A DNA stretch of 64,000 bases, taken from positions 1,128 through 65,127 of the forward strand of contig QMPV01000002.1 of assembly GCA_003648765.1 (NCBI GenBank). Direction: 5' to 3'. The position numbers and the translations under genes are program-made. This stretch comes from Candidatus Aminicenantes bacterium (GTDB taxonomy: Bacteria; Acidobacteriota; Aminicenantia; Aminicenantales; Aminicenantaceae). Positions 9,842-20,371 of this stretch are shown here, one piece after another. Numbering within the stretch: the stretch's first letter is position 1; each line of letters opens with the position of its first letter. The notes under the pieces are model-generated. The model was not told the origin of the DNA. It saw only the letters and a list, made by a program, of their open reading frames with translations, and did no database searches.

Positions 9842-11377
9842 TTATCGGGATGATTGGGGAACAAGCTCCCCAATGGTACGATTCTTTTTGATTAAATATT
9901 TCCGAGCCACCCGCTGAACATCTTCTGCTGTAACTGCATTTATCTTCTCTATTTGACGGAACAACTCCCGCCAGTCTCCTAAAATAACTTCAGCATAGGT
10001 TAAAAGGGCCGCCATCCGGGCGTGAGACTTCATCTGTTGGAGCAAACTCATGCCTGCCTGGCGCTTATATTTAAGCAGCTCCTCTTGCTTCGGCAGCTCT
10101 TTTTTGACTTTTTCTATTTCCTCTTCAATTAGACCTAAGCATTCCTGGACGGAATGGCCTCGGGCAGGCACAGCGTAAAAAATAATTAGGTGGGGAAATT
10201 TATCCCCAGGAAAACCATTGATTACCCCACACTCAATGGCTACCTGAGTTTCTTTAACCAAGCGGCGGTAGAGTCGGGAAGAGCGTCCTTCGCCCAAAAT
10301 AGAAGCCAGAGCCTCTAAGGCGAAATTGTCTTGATGCCGAACTGACGGTCGATGATAACCAATAAGGAGAAAAGGCTGGGCCATGGCTTCCACCGCCACC
10401 CTTCTTTCTCCCCACTGTTCTGGCTCCACCGTCCGAACAGGTTCAGGTTTCTCACCCGAGGGAATTCGGCCGAAATATAGTTCGGCCAAACGGAAAACTT
10501 CCTCCGGATTAACATCCCCGACAATGGCTACCGTGAGGTTGGCTGGATTATAATACTTCCGGAAATAATGCCGCACGTCCTCTCGGGTAATCGCCTGAAT
10601 ATCCGACATATGACCAATAACTTCATGATGATAAGGATGAGCTTTGAAGGCCGTGGCCTGAAAATCCTCGAGTAATCTACCTAATGGACGTGTCTCCACA
10701 GAAAGACGTCGTTCCTCCATGACCACTTCCTTCTCTTTGTAAAATTCACGAAAGACAGGATTGAGAAAACGATCGGAAGTGATGGCCATCCAGAATTCAA
10801 CCTTATTGGAAGGCAGGCTATTGATATACTGAGTGGCGTCGTTGCTGGTGTAAGCATTCACTGACCGATCACCTTCTTGCATCAGCAAGTCAACAAATTC
10901 GTCAGTAATAACATACTCTTTGGCTTTTTGCCGCAGTGCCTCAAATTCTGCCTTCATTTTCTTGAGCTTAGCTTCGTCTGGATGGGGCTTAGCTTCCTCG
11001 GCCCGAATCCGGGCATAAAGGGCATCCATCTCCTCCAGAATCTTACTCTCCTCTTCATAATTTTTGGTACCAACCGTTTTAGTTCCCTTGAAAGCCATAT
11101 GTTCCAGTAAATGGGAAATCCCGGTAATGCCGTAAGACTCGTTGGCACTACCTACATCAGCGTAAACATGGAAATAGACCACTGGGGCTTCATGGCGTTC
11201 CAAAACAATAAATTTCAGGCCGTTTTTCAAGGTTTTGACCTTGATTTTTTTGGCTATCGCCTCGAAATTCTGGGCTTGAAGAAAAGGCGACAACATTAAG
11301 CATCCCAGAAGGAGCAGGCCTAGCCCCCAGCTGAAAGCTCGCCGATTTTTTACATTCATGCGGCCCTCCTTGACCAA
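9842..11377 (-). CDS. M16-family zinc peptidase (insulinase-like), secreted
   Basis: Inverted zincin motif HLLEH (in GISHLLEHMAFKGT) and a signal peptide. The start may be at the internal Met (MNVKNRRAF). Confidence 0.8.
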   Translation of the reverse strand: MVKEGRMNVKNRRAFSWGLGLLLLGCLMLSPFLQAQNFEAIAKKIKVKTLKNGLKFIVLERHEAPVVYFHVYADVGSANESYGITGISHLLEHMAFKGTKTVGTKNYEEESKILEEMDALYARIRAEEAKPHPDEAKLKKMKAEFEALRQKAKEYVITDEFVDLLMQEGDRSVNAYTSNDATQYINSLPSNKVEFWMAITSDRFLNPVFREFYKEKEVVMEERRLSVETRPLGRLLEDFQATAFKAHPYHHEVIGHMSDIQAITREDVRHYFRKYYNPANLTVAIVGDVNPEEVFRLAELYFGRIPSGEKPEPVRTVEPEQWGERRVAVEAMAQPFLLIGYHRPSVRHQDNFALEALASILGEGRSSRLYRRLVKETQVAIECGVINGFPGDKFPHLIIFYAVPARGHSVQECLGLIEEEIEKVKKELPKQEELLKYKRQAGMSLLQQMKSHARMAALLTYAEVILGDWRELFRQIEKINAVTAEDVQRVARKYLIKKNRTIGELVPQSSR

Positions 11378-11620
11378 GTTTTAATTCTGCTCAACTTTTT
11401 AAATTCATGTCCTCTTTTATATTTTATTTACATTATTTATATACGCGGGAAAGATGATTAAGTTGTCTCTCAAAATGCCTGTTGAGAGCTACCCGGACAG
11501 GTTCTTCCCCCACTGCCTCTTCGGCCATCTTAAGTCTTCTGCCTTCCAGCTATCCCTAGAGTGTCCCCGCTTGGGGGTAACCAGGCACTTCCTCCTCTGC
11601 CTGTCTCAAAAGTAATAATT

Positions 11621-13399
11621 TCAAGCTTCCTCATCTTCGTCCGGCGGCTTGTCGGCCAATATAAGGCCCAATTCCCTTAACTGTTCCGGCCTTACTGGTG
11701 AAGGGGCGCCAGTTAATAAGCAGAGTGAACTGGTCGTTTTAGGAAAAGGAATGACTTCCCGAATAGAACTCTCTCCGGCCAAGAGCATAACTATCCGGTC
11801 AAAGCCCAGGGCTATTCCTCCGTGGGGAGGCGTGCCGTAGCGGAGGGCTTCCAGGAAAAAACCAAATTTCTGCTCAACCTCGGCTGGGCTCAATCCCAGG
11901 AGGTCGAAAATTTTCTCCTGCAGATCTTGTCTATGAATCCGGATGGAGCCGCCGCCAATTTCATAGCCGTTGCAGACCAGGTCATAGGCCTTGGCTCTCA
12001 CCTTTAAAGCATCGTCGCTCAGTAACTCCAGATCTTCCTCACGAGGAGCCGTGAAGGGATGATGCATGGAGACCAACCTGTTTTCTTCCTCACTCCATTC
12101 AAAAAGAGGAAAATCGGTAATCCAGAGACACCGGAAGGTGTCTTTGAGTTTTGGATCCGGCGGGCAAAGTTCCAGACGGAGCCGGCCCATAATCTCCCTG
12201 GCCTGCTTCTCCGGCCCGGCCACGAGCAGCAGCAGGCTGTCCTCCTCGGCCTTGGCCGTCTGCCAGAGCAGGGCAATATTCTCCTGAGGTAAAGGCAGCG
12301 AGGCCTGCCAACCGTTGTCTTTTTTCTTCACCCAGATCAGCCCCTTGGCCCCCCAGTCTTGGACCCGGCGGGTCAATTGGCTGAGTTGACTGCGGGAAAA
12401 AGCCTGTCCCCCGGGGACACACAAACCGATAACCCGCCCTCCGGCCTCTACGGCCCGTTGCAAAACCTGGGAACCGAGGCGGGGAACCAGGTGGGTTAAA
12501 TCCTCTAGGGTGGTGTTAATTCGCAGGTCAGGTTTATCCGTTCCGTACCTGGCCCAAGCCTCCTTATAGCTTAAGCGGGGAAAAGGAGTCTTTAAGTCTA
12601 TTCCAATTAAAGTCCACACCTCCGCCATCATCTCTTCGATTAAACTAAAGATCTGCTCCTGGTCAACAAAACTCATTTCCACATCAATCTGAGTAAACTC
12701 AGGTTGGCGGTCCGCCCGCAGGTCTTCATCCCGGAAACAACGGACAATCTGAAAATACCGCTCTACGCCAGCCACCATCAAAATTTGCTTAAATAGCTGA
12801 GGTGACTGGGGCAGGGCAAAGAAACGCCCGCGATAAATCCGGCTGGGCACCAAGTAATCCCGGGCCCCCTCCGGGGTCGATTTGGTTAAAAACGGTGTTT
12901 CTACTTCCAGAAAACCTTGGCGATGGAAGAAATTTCTGATGGTCAAAGCCGCTTCATGTCGCAGACGGAGATGACGCTGCATCGAGGGCCGGCGTAAATC
13001 CAGATAGCGGTAACGGTAGCGCAATTCTTCCGAAGCCTGAGGCGGATCAATCACGACAAAGGGAGGGGTGGCCGCTCGATTAAAAACCACCAGTTCTTCA
13101 ACTTCCACTTCAATCTCGCCGGTGGCCAGTCGGGGATTACATAAATGCGGGGCGCGCCGACGAACTTTTCCCCGCACCCCTAGACAATCCTCCAGTCCCA
13201 ACCGCCGGGCCTCTTCTAAAAGAGGAGAGTTGGCTGAGGAAAAAACTAGCTGCACTACTCCTTCCCGATCGCGGAGGTCAATAAATAAGAGATTCCCTAA
13301 ATCCCGCTGGCGCTGAACCCAGCCACAGAGAACAACTTCTCGACCTTCATCCTGGGCTCTCAAGTGACCGCAGTAATGGGTTCGCTGCCAGGCTGTCAT
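11621..13399 (-). CDS. aspS: aspartyl-tRNA synthetase
   Basis: N-terminal OB-fold anticodon-binding region (THYCGHLR...), class II core, and the C-terminal GGIALGFDRIVMLL...IPFPKT motif. Confidence 0.95.
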   Translation of the reverse strand: MTAWQRTHYCGHLRAQDEGREVVLCGWVQRQRDLGNLLFIDLRDREGVVQLVFSSANSPLLEEARRLGLEDCLGVRGKVRRRAPHLCNPRLATGEIEVEVEELVVFNRAATPPFVVIDPPQASEELRYRYRYLDLRRPSMQRHLRLRHEAALTIRNFFHRQGFLEVETPFLTKSTPEGARDYLVPSRIYRGRFFALPQSPQLFKQILMVAGVERYFQIVRCFRDEDLRADRQPEFTQIDVEMSFVDQEQIFSLIEEMMAEVWTLIGIDLKTPFPRLSYKEAWARYGTDKPDLRINTTLEDLTHLVPRLGSQVLQRAVEAGGRVIGLCVPGGQAFSRSQLSQLTRRVQDWGAKGLIWVKKKDNGWQASLPLPQENIALLWQTAKAEEDSLLLLVAGPEKQAREIMGRLRLELCPPDPKLKDTFRCLWITDFPLFEWSEEENRLVSMHHPFTAPREEDLELLSDDALKVRAKAYDLVCNGYEIGGGSIRIHRQDLQEKIFDLLGLSPAEVEQKFGFFLEALRYGTPPHGGIALGFDRIVMLLAGESSIREVIPFPKTTSSLCLLTGAPSPVRPEQLRELGLILADKPPDEDEEA

Positions 13400-13438
13400 T
13401 TTTTTTCTTCCATCTTTAGGATAATCTCACGGGAGAGC

Positions 13439-14728
13439 TTAAGACGGTGATTTTTTCGAATGAAGATAGTCCCGAAAATAAGCCAACAACTCGGCGGAGG
13501 TATATTCTTGTTGCTCTCCACTGGCCATATTTTTTAAATTAAATCGGCCGCTTTTGACTTCATCTTCTCCAATGATTAACGTCCAAGTAGCTCCTAATTT
13601 ATTGGCCCGACTCAACTGGTTGCGGAGGCTCCTCTCCTTATATTCCAGCCAACACTCCATCCCTACTTCTCGCAAAGTGGCCACTAATTTCATGGCGGCC
13701 TGCTTAGCTGGCTCTCCTAAGTAAGCCACAAAAATAAAAGGGGCTTCGGAGGGTTGATAAGTCACCAAGCTCAATAACCGCTCTAGGCCGACGGCAAAAC
13801 CAATGCCACATAAATCAGGTCCGCCGAACAACTTCATCATTTCATCATAACGGCCGCCCCCAAGAATAGCATCCTGGGCTCCCAAAGCTGAGGTGACAAA
13901 TTCAAAAGTAGTTTTAGTGTAATAATCCAGACCCCGCACCAACCGAGGTTCCAGTTGATATTCGAGGCCGAAAACATCTAGGTAAGCCTGCACTTGTTGA
14001 AAATGTTCAGTGCACTCCGAGCAAAGATAATCGGTGATTCGGGGAAACTCCTGGGCTAATTCCCGACAAGTTTCTACCTTGCAATCAAATAACCTTAAAG
14101 GATTGAGTTCAATCCGGCGTTGGCAATCTGGACAAAGGGCTTCTCTTACCTGCTCGGCGGCCTGACGTAATTTCTCCACATAAGGAGGACGACAGCGAGG
14201 ACAGCCGACTGAATTGATCAGAATCCGATAATCAGTCACGCCCACTTTGGTTAATAAAGCTTGAGCCATCTGAATGATTTCCGCATCAATCCCGGCATCT
14301 TTCTCGCCAAAAACTTCGATATCAATCTGATGGAACTGCCGATAGCGGCCTTTCTGCGGCTTGTCATAGCGGAACATGGGCCCGATATAGTAAAAACGCA
14401 GGGGGCGAGGTTGAAGATAAAGGCGATGCTCAATAATGGCTCTGACTACCGAAGGAGTGTACTCGGGCCGCAGCGTCAAGGAACGTCCACCTTTATCCGT
14501 AAAAGTGTACATTTCCTTGAGAACGATATCCGAACTAGTGCCAGTGCCCCGTTCAAAGAGTTCTGTGGCTTCAAAAACAGGGGCTCTCAATTCTCGATAG
14601 CCATATCGCTCAAACAGTTCCCGGGCTTGGTTTTCCACCCATTGCCACTTCCGGGTTTCTGGAGGTAGAATGTCTTTGGTTCCCTTAATGGCGGCAATCT
14701 TCTTTTTTCCCCCAATGGCTTGCTTCAT
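13439..14728 (-). CDS. hisS: histidyl-tRNA synthetase
   Basis: KGTKDILPPE...RYGYRELRAPVFE class IIa motifs, HisRS length, and a C-terminal anticodon-binding domain. Confidence 0.95.
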   Translation of the reverse strand: MKQAIGGKKKIAAIKGTKDILPPETRKWQWVENQARELFERYGYRELRAPVFEATELFERGTGTSSDIVLKEMYTFTDKGGRSLTLRPEYTPSVVRAIIEHRLYLQPRPLRFYYIGPMFRYDKPQKGRYRQFHQIDIEVFGEKDAGIDAEIIQMAQALLTKVGVTDYRILINSVGCPRCRPPYVEKLRQAAEQVREALCPDCQRRIELNPLRLFDCKVETCRELAQEFPRITDYLCSECTEHFQQVQAYLDVFGLEYQLEPRLVRGLDYYTKTTFEFVTSALGAQDAILGGGRYDEMMKLFGGPDLCGIGFAVGLERLLSLVTYQPSEAPFIFVAYLGEPAKQAAMKLVATLREVGMECWLEYKERSLRNQLSRANKLGATWTLIIGEDEVKSGRFNLKNMASGEQQEYTSAELLAYFRDYLHSKKSPS

Positions 14729-15693
14729 TCTGCCTTCTTCTCTCTGAAAACGCCAATTTGGCGGAATTTTTGGTAACGCTCCTCAAGTAAATCCTCCACC
14801 TTCTTCTCCCGCAACTTCTTCAATGTTTGGTTTAAATAACGATCAACCTGCCGGAAGGTTTGTCCCCAATCAATATGAGCTCCTCCGGGAGGCTCGGGAA
14901 TAATCTTATCAATTATGCCGAATTCAAGTAAATCCTGGGCTAAAAAGCGAAGATTCTCCGCCGCCTGAGCCACAGCGGCTTGATCCTTCCACAGAATGGC
15001 GGCACATCCTTCAGGGGAGATAACTGAATAAAAGGAATATTCTAACATCATAATGACATCTCCCACTCCGATAGCCAGAGCTCCCCCGCTGCCTCCTTCA
15101 CCAATGACAATATTTACTACCGGCACCTTGAGTTGGGAAATCATCCGTAAATTATAAGCAATAGCTTCAGCTTGGCCTCTCTCTTCTGCCTGAATGCCAG
15201 GGTAAGCGCCGGGAGTATCAATGAGAGTCACCACTGGAAAATTAAATTTTTCAGCCAACTTCATAATGCGGAGAGCTTTGCGGTAACCTTCGGGATTGGG
15301 TTGTCCAAAGTTGCGTTCTAACCGCTCGCGGGTAGTCCGTCCTTTCTGATGCCCAATAAAAGCCACTGTCTGGCCTCGATATAACCCAAAGCCAGCCACA
15401 ATGGCCGGGTCATTGCCGGCTCGCCGGTCTCCATGAAACTCGATAAAATCAGTGGTCAAGGCCTTTAGGTAATCTAAAGTATAAGGCCGAAGAGGATGCC
15501 GAGCAATCTGGACAATATGAACGGGAGTCAAAAGAGGTTTTATCTTGGCCCATTCTTCTTCAATCTGAGCCTGTATCTCCTTTATTTCCTCCCGGGCAGC
15601 CGGCTCGCCACTTTCTAGAAGCTCATCCAGCCGGTTTTTCAACTCCATAATGGGCTCTTCGAGCTGATAGAATGTTTTAATTTCTTGAGTCAT
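14725..15693 (-). CDS. accA: acetyl-CoA carboxylase carboxyltransferase alpha subunit
   Basis: IARHPLRPYTLDY... and the GGSGGALAIG carboxyltransferase motif. 4-nt overlap with hisS. Confidence 0.92.
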   Translation of the reverse strand: MTQEIKTFYQLEEPIMELKNRLDELLESGEPAAREEIKEIQAQIEEEWAKIKPLLTPVHIVQIARHPLRPYTLDYLKALTTDFIEFHGDRRAGNDPAIVAGFGLYRGQTVAFIGHQKGRTTRERLERNFGQPNPEGYRKALRIMKLAEKFNFPVVTLIDTPGAYPGIQAEERGQAEAIAYNLRMISQLKVPVVNIVIGEGGSGGALAIGVGDVIMMLEYSFYSVISPEGCAAILWKDQAAVAQAAENLRFLAQDLLEFGIIDKIIPEPPGGAHIDWGQTFRQVDRYLNQTLKKLREKKVEDLLEERYQKFRQIGVFREKKAE

Positions 15694-15998
15694 TGGGCCA
15701 AGTCGCCTCCATCAACCCGATTATTCTAAAGGTTAAGGGAAACAGGTGTCAAGCTAAGAAAAAATGCGGCTAGCTCTCTAATAATTGATAAAAAATTTTA
15801 TCTCTCCTTAATAATCTTTCAGCCCTTCCTGGAAAAAGAAAAAATGTCGGGTGTTATCCTCGGTCAAACTTCAGAATAAACTTCAACCCCCTGTTTAGTT
15901 TTAATCTAATGGTGCCCCCCGCTAGACTCGATTGCCTGCCTTACTCTCCTGGAAAAGTCATTTATCCTTAAGTCCCCAGGAATAGTGAGGCCAGGAGT

Positions 15999-16667
15999 TT
16001 ATTCTGGAACCACTTCCAGCCTTTGCGAAGGAATCGACAAACTCAACAATTTTCCTTGTGGGTTGGTTTTCAATCTAACTTCCGTACCTCCCAGTTGAAT
16101 CACTAAACCACAAGGCTCATTGGCCTCAGCTTGAATAGTTGCCTTAAGCTCTACCTGAGGTATAACATAGATAGAGATTTCTTGGGGTTCTGATTGACTA
16201 TCTAATTGACAGCGAAACTTTTTAGTGAGGACAAGATAGGGAGAGAAAACCGGATTAGGCAGAAGAAAAGTATCCCGTCTTATCGTGTGGGTTAAGATTT
16301 GCTCTTGACCAGCTACCCTAATTCGATTGGTGACCTTTCCTTCTTGGAGTTCACTGAAGATTTCCTGGTGCACCCCGCTGATAGTGCCGGTCAACTCAAA
16401 TTTCTGGGGAATAAGGGCTGCATCCAACACAATTTGTAAATGCTCAATAACCAAAGCCACCGGCTTAGTCAACTGCCCTTCTACTTCTAGGAGATAATTC
16501 TCTCCTTGTTTTGACCACCGGTATTCTTCATAGCCAACTTTTTCCCCCTGAAAATAAATAGCCAACCGACCTTCTTCCCCCCTCTTCAGAGATTGTCCGA
16601 ACACGAATAAAAAGAAAAAAAGAATAAAAACCAACGTAAGAAGAAAGATAAAAATAATTTTCTTCAT
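15999..16667 (-). CDS. hypothetical secreted protein
   Basis: Strong N-terminal signal or TM sequence and no recognisable domain. Last gene of the ECF sigma operon. Confidence 0.5.
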   Translation of the reverse strand: MKKIIFIFLLTLVFILFFFLFVFGQSLKRGEEGRLAIYFQGEKVGYEEYRWSKQGENYLLEVEGQLTKPVALVIEHLQIVLDAALIPQKFELTGTISGVHQEIFSELQEGKVTNRIRVAGQEQILTHTIRRDTFLLPNPVFSPYLVLTKKFRCQLDSQSEPQEISIYVIPQVELKATIQAEANEPCGLVIQLGGTEVRLKTNPQGKLLSLSIPSQRLEVVPE

Positions 16668-16696
16668 CTTCTAGGCCTCCCCCGCTAGGGCGTTGA

Positions 16697-17020
16697 TTAA
16701 TAATCTTCTTCGACAATCACAGCTGTCCCATAAACTAATATTTCCGAAGCCATTTGCATGATCATCGAAGTGGTGAAGCGAACATTAACCACCGCATTGG
16801 CTCCCATTCGTTGAGCATCCTCTATCATCCGGTCAATGGCCTGCTCCCGGGATTCCGCCATCATTTTGGTATAATCTCTTATTTCGCCGCCGACAAGATT
16901 ACGCAGTAAAGCGGCCAAATCATGGCCGATATGTCGGGCCCGAATGGTGTTCCCCTTAGCCACACCCAAAGTTTTAACTATTTTTTTCCCGGGGACAAAA
17001 TCTGTAGTCACGATGATCAT
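16697..17020 (-). CDS. YbjQ/UPF0145-family (heavy-metal-binding-like) protein
   Basis: 107 aa with the characteristic MIIVTTD...G..IVKTLGVAKGNTIRAR...GANAVVNVRF...YGTAVIVE pattern. Confidence 0.8.
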   Translation of the reverse strand: MIIVTTDFVPGKKIVKTLGVAKGNTIRARHIGHDLAALLRNLVGGEIRDYTKMMAESREQAIDRMIEDAQRMGANAVVNVRFTTSMIMQMASEILVYGTAVIVEEDY

Positions 17021-17463
17021 TGTTCTACCTCCTTATATCTTTCCCGCTTTCTAAGAAACAGCCTCTCTCTGAGGAACGAAACTAGCAAAACTACCACGCC
17101 TCCCAAAAAACTCAAAAGGCCGATTTTCATCAGGAGAGGGAGATCAGGGTCTTTAATAAGTCCTTCAACCAGTTGATAGGCTCCATAAAAAAGTAAAATA
17201 ATACTGCCCAGAGAAAGTAGAATCCAACCGATTCTTCTTTCCAACCGATTATAAACGGAAGCCCAATACATTGTCCATACCTCCTCGGAAGGATGAGGCA
17301 AGCTAACTTCAGCCATTAAAGATTCAAAACGCTCCATTTCTTCAAATTCCCGCCGACATTCAGAACAGGTCTTCAAATGCTCAACTAATTCTCTCTTTTG
17401 GTCGGGAGTAAGTGCCCCGTCAAAATAAGCTGAAATCCATTCTTTATATTTTTTATGTTTCAT
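17017..17463 (-). CDS. zinc-binding (ZAS-type, H-x3-C-x2-C) anti-sigma factor with one TM helix
   Basis: HLKTCSECRREFEE motif, a C-terminal TM segment, and 4-nt overlaps with the upstream sigma factor and downstream ybjQ. Confidence 0.7.
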   Translation of the reverse strand: MKHKKYKEWISAYFDGALTPDQKRELVEHLKTCSECRREFEEMERFESLMAEVSLPHPSEEVWTMYWASVYNRLERRIGWILLSLGSIILLFYGAYQLVEGLIKDPDLPLLMKIGLLSFLGGVVVLLVSFLRERLFLRKRERYKEVEQ

Positions 17464-18098
17464 AGGTCACCCTGCTGAGAAGAAGATGAATCCCCCCAGG
17501 CTTCTTTTAATAAACGGCGCAGCTTCTGCTTAGCATAATATAAAGTTGACATAACTGTACCTAAAGGCATATTTGTCAACTCAGAAATTTCCTGGTAAGA
17601 ATATTGCTGAAAATATCGGAGAATAATGACCTCTCGTTGTTCCAGACTCAATTGTTCGATGGCCTCCCATAGAACCTGAGTTAATTCGCTTCGCCGACTA
17701 TGTTGGCCATCTTTAAGAACGACTCCTTCTAAAGAGACACACCGTTCTCTTCGGCGACGACGGAGCCAATCCAAACATAAATTCTTTAAAAGCTGATAAA
17801 ACCAGGGGAAAAACTCTCGTTGGCCATCATATTTTTTTAGTTTCCGAAATGCCCGGACAAAAGCTTCTTGCGAAAGATCTAAGGCATCTTCATGATTCTT
17901 AACCCAGCTCAGGGCCAAGAAATAAGCTTTTTTCTTATACCGTTCGACGATCGCCCGATAAGCCTCTCGCTGGCCTTTCTTCACCTGGGCAATAATTTCT
18001 TCGTCAGACACTTCGGCTCTAGGGAGCACAGAATCGTCAACCATTGTTTCTCCTCTGGCCAACATGGCCATCGTGCCTGCGGAAACTTTCATCGCCAA
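17460..18098 (-). CDS. ECF-type RNA polymerase sigma-70 factor
   Basis: Region 2 (ALDLSQEAFVRAFRKL...FFPWFYQLLKNLCLDWLRRR) and region 4 (ILRYFQQYSYQEISELTNMPLGTVMSTLYYAKQKLRRLL). The true start is probably one of the internal Mets. Confidence 0.85.
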   Translation of the reverse strand: MAMKVSAGTMAMLARGETMVDDSVLPRAEVSDEEIIAQVKKGQREAYRAIVERYKKKAYFLALSWVKNHEDALDLSQEAFVRAFRKLKKYDGQREFFPWFYQLLKNLCLDWLRRRRRERCVSLEGVVLKDGQHSRRSELTQVLWEAIEQLSLEQREVIILRYFQQYSYQEISELTNMPLGTVMSTLYYAKQKLRRLLKEAWGDSSSSQQGDL

Positions 18099-18141
18099 AA
18101 TCCTTTTTATTATTTACGTCTTGGCCAACAAATTTATTCAA

Positions 18142-18876
18142 TTATTCCCTTCCTTCTGCTCCCCGCTGGCGAACAACCTCATAAATAAAGACCGCCGCGG
18201 TGGCGGCTACATTCAGTGAGCTGACTTTCCCCAATAGCGGTAGAGCCAGCAGGACATCACATTGACGCCGGATTATGGGCCGGAGTCCTCGACCTTCAGA
18301 ACCCAAGACAATAGCCACGGGTTGGGAATAATCAAATTCATACCAGAGTTGCCCAGCTCCTGCCTCAGCTCCGACCACCCAAAGGCCCTTCTCTTTCAAC
18401 CAAGCTAAAGTACGGGCAAGATTCTTCTCCCGGCAGAGAGGGATATGCTCCCAAGCCCCCGCTGAAACCGCCGCTACGGCTTCGGTCAAGCCTGCGGCTC
18501 GACGGGCCGGAATGATGACTGCATCTACGCCGCCTCCTTCAGCACTCCGAAGTATAGCCCCGAGATTCTGGGGGTCTTCTACACTATCGAGGACGACTAG
18601 AAAAGGACATGGGCTCCGCTCTAGAACCTGCTTCAGGTCAGCATAAGGCTTGGGTGACAGCCAAGCCACCAGCCCTTGGTGATGGGGCTGGAGCCTATCC
18701 AGCTTTTTTCTGGGCACCAAAACCACAGGGACATTATGTTGCCGGGCTAATCGAAAGACCTGTTTGAGGCGGGTATTAGGCAGCTGCTCAACCAAGAAAA
18801 GTTTAATTATCCGGCGAGGGCTGCTCTGCAAAATTTCCAAAACTGGATTAAGGCGGCTGAGAGTTTCCATAGTCAA
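18142..18876 (-). CDS. rlmB: 23S rRNA (guanosine-2'-O)-methyltransferase, SpoU/TrmH family
   Basis: SpoU methylase motifs (LVVLDSVEDPQNLGAILRSAE...ALPLLGKVSSLNVA). Confidence 0.85.
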   Translation of the reverse strand: MTMETLSRLNPVLEILQSSPRRIIKLFLVEQLPNTRLKQVFRLARQHNVPVVLVPRKKLDRLQPHHQGLVAWLSPKPYADLKQVLERSPCPFLVVLDSVEDPQNLGAILRSAEGGGVDAVIIPARRAAGLTEAVAAVSAGAWEHIPLCREKNLARTLAWLKEKGLWVVGAEAGAGQLWYEFDYSQPVAIVLGSEGRGLRPIIRRQCDVLLALPLLGKVSSLNVAATAAVFIYEVVRQRGAEGRE

Positions 18877-18877
18877 T

Positions 18878-20371
18878 TCATTGAGTCAGCCACTGCAGAG
18901 TCCGAACAATGCGCTCTCGGGCCGAAAGTAAAGGCTGCCGCCAGGTTAAGCGGGCTCCTTCTTCAATCAGAGGAATGAATTTATCCAATTCGAGACCTGA
19001 AGTCTGACCAGTTAAAGCTACTCTAATCGGATGAAATAGCTCTTTGCCTTTAACGCCCGTCTTCTGCCTGACTTCTCGAGCAATATCTGAAAACTCCTCA
19101 AAACTCACTGCTGACCGATTTGCCAACTCCTCAGCCAAAGCTTCTAGAACGGTTCGAGCTGACTCGGCTTGAAGAATTCTTCGGGCTGATTCCTCCATCT
19201 TGGACAAGTCAAATTCAAAGAACAGGTTGAATTTTTCAGGCAGCTCGTTCAGCTTATTAACCCCTTCGATAAGAGCTTCAACCGCCTTCTCCAGCCACAA
19301 GTGATGCTCTCGGGTTAACTTCTCAGGTAAGAACCCCGCCTTCTGGAGAAAAGGCAAAACTCGGGTGACTTTTTCACCTGGAGTAAGTCGTTTTAAGTGC
19401 TGACGATTAAGCCAATAGAGCTTCTGATAGTCGAAGATGGCCGCCGAACGACTCACTCGGCTTAGATTAAAAAGCTCAACCAGTTCCTCCCGCGACAAAA
19501 CCTCTTGACCCTCAGGAGGGGACCAACCGAGGAAGGCCAAATAATTAAATAAAGCTTCCGGCAGAATGCCTTCCTGGGCGAATTGGTCAACCGAAGTCGC
19601 CCCGTGGCGTTTGCTGAGACGAGTGTTATCCTCACCCATAACCATTGATAAATGGGCAAATTGGGGTGGCTCCCAACCTAAAGCTTGGTAAGTCAGAATC
19701 TGGCGCGGTGTATTAGAAATATGGTCTTCTCCTCTTATAACATGAGTTATTTCCATTAAATGGTCATCAATAACTACCGCATAGTTATAAGCTGGCAATC
19801 CATTGGAACGGACCAAAATGGGATCGCCGATGACTTCCAGCTGGAAATGTAATTCTCCATGAACAAGATCATTAAAAATGACTTCCCCCTTATCAGGCGT
19901 CTTTAACCGGACCGCGGCCTTTTCCCCTCGAGCCACGCGAGCAGCGGCTTCCTCCGGCGACAAATGACGGCACTTCCCAGAGTAAATAGGCATCCGGCCC
20001 GCAGCTAAGGCTTCCCGGCGAGCCTGCTCAAGTTCTTCGGGCGAGCAAAAACAATAGTATGCCCGGCCTGCCTCGAGTAATTGTTGAGTATACAGGCGGT
20101 ATATCTCTAATCTTTCTGACTGGCGATAGGGGCCGTAATCTCCGCCAATATCAGGCCCTTCATCCCAATCAAGGCCCAACCACCGCAAATCATCCATTAA
20201 CCGTAAATAATATTCTTGGCGGGATCTCTCGACATCCGTATCTTCAACCCGAAGAATAAACGCTCCTCTTTTCTGGCGGGCAAATAACCAATTAAACAAG
20301 GCTGTCCGGGCATTACCGACATGTAGATATCCCGTCGGCGAAGGAGCAAATCTGACTCTTACCTGTCTCAT
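18878..20371 (-). CDS. gltX: glutamyl-tRNA synthetase
   Basis: RFAPSPTGYLHVGNARTALFNW (HIGH region) and the KLSKR(H) motif. Confidence 0.95.
   Translation of the reverse strand: MRQVRVRFAPSPTGYLHVGNARTALFNWLFARQKRGAFILRVEDTDVERSRQEYYLRLMDDLRWLGLDWDEGPDIGGDYGPYRQSERLEIYRLYTQQLLEAGRAYYCFCSPEELEQARREALAAGRMPIYSGKCRHLSPEEAAARVARGEKAAVRLKTPDKGEVIFNDLVHGELHFQLEVIGDPILVRSNGLPAYNYAVVIDDHLMEITHVIRGEDHISNTPRQILTYQALGWEPPQFAHLSMVMGEDNTRLSKRHGATSVDQFAQEGILPEALFNYLAFLGWSPPEGQEVLSREELVELFNLSRVSRSAAIFDYQKLYWLNRQHLKRLTPGEKVTRVLPFLQKAGFLPEKLTREHHLWLEKAVEALIEGVNKLNELPEKFNLFFEFDLSKMEESARRILQAESARTVLEALAEELANRSAVSFEEFSDIAREVRQKTGVKGKELFHPIRVALTGQTSGLELDKFIPLIEEGARLTWRQPLLSARERIVRTLQWLTQ

Noticed and set aside
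12019-12422. Cluster of GC-rich ORFs on both strands (12019..12276, 12059..12292, 12066..12287, 12099..12422)
   Set aside because: All lie inside aspS, in alternative or antisense frames, with Arg/Pro/Gly-rich composition typical of shadow ORFs in a GC-rich stretch.
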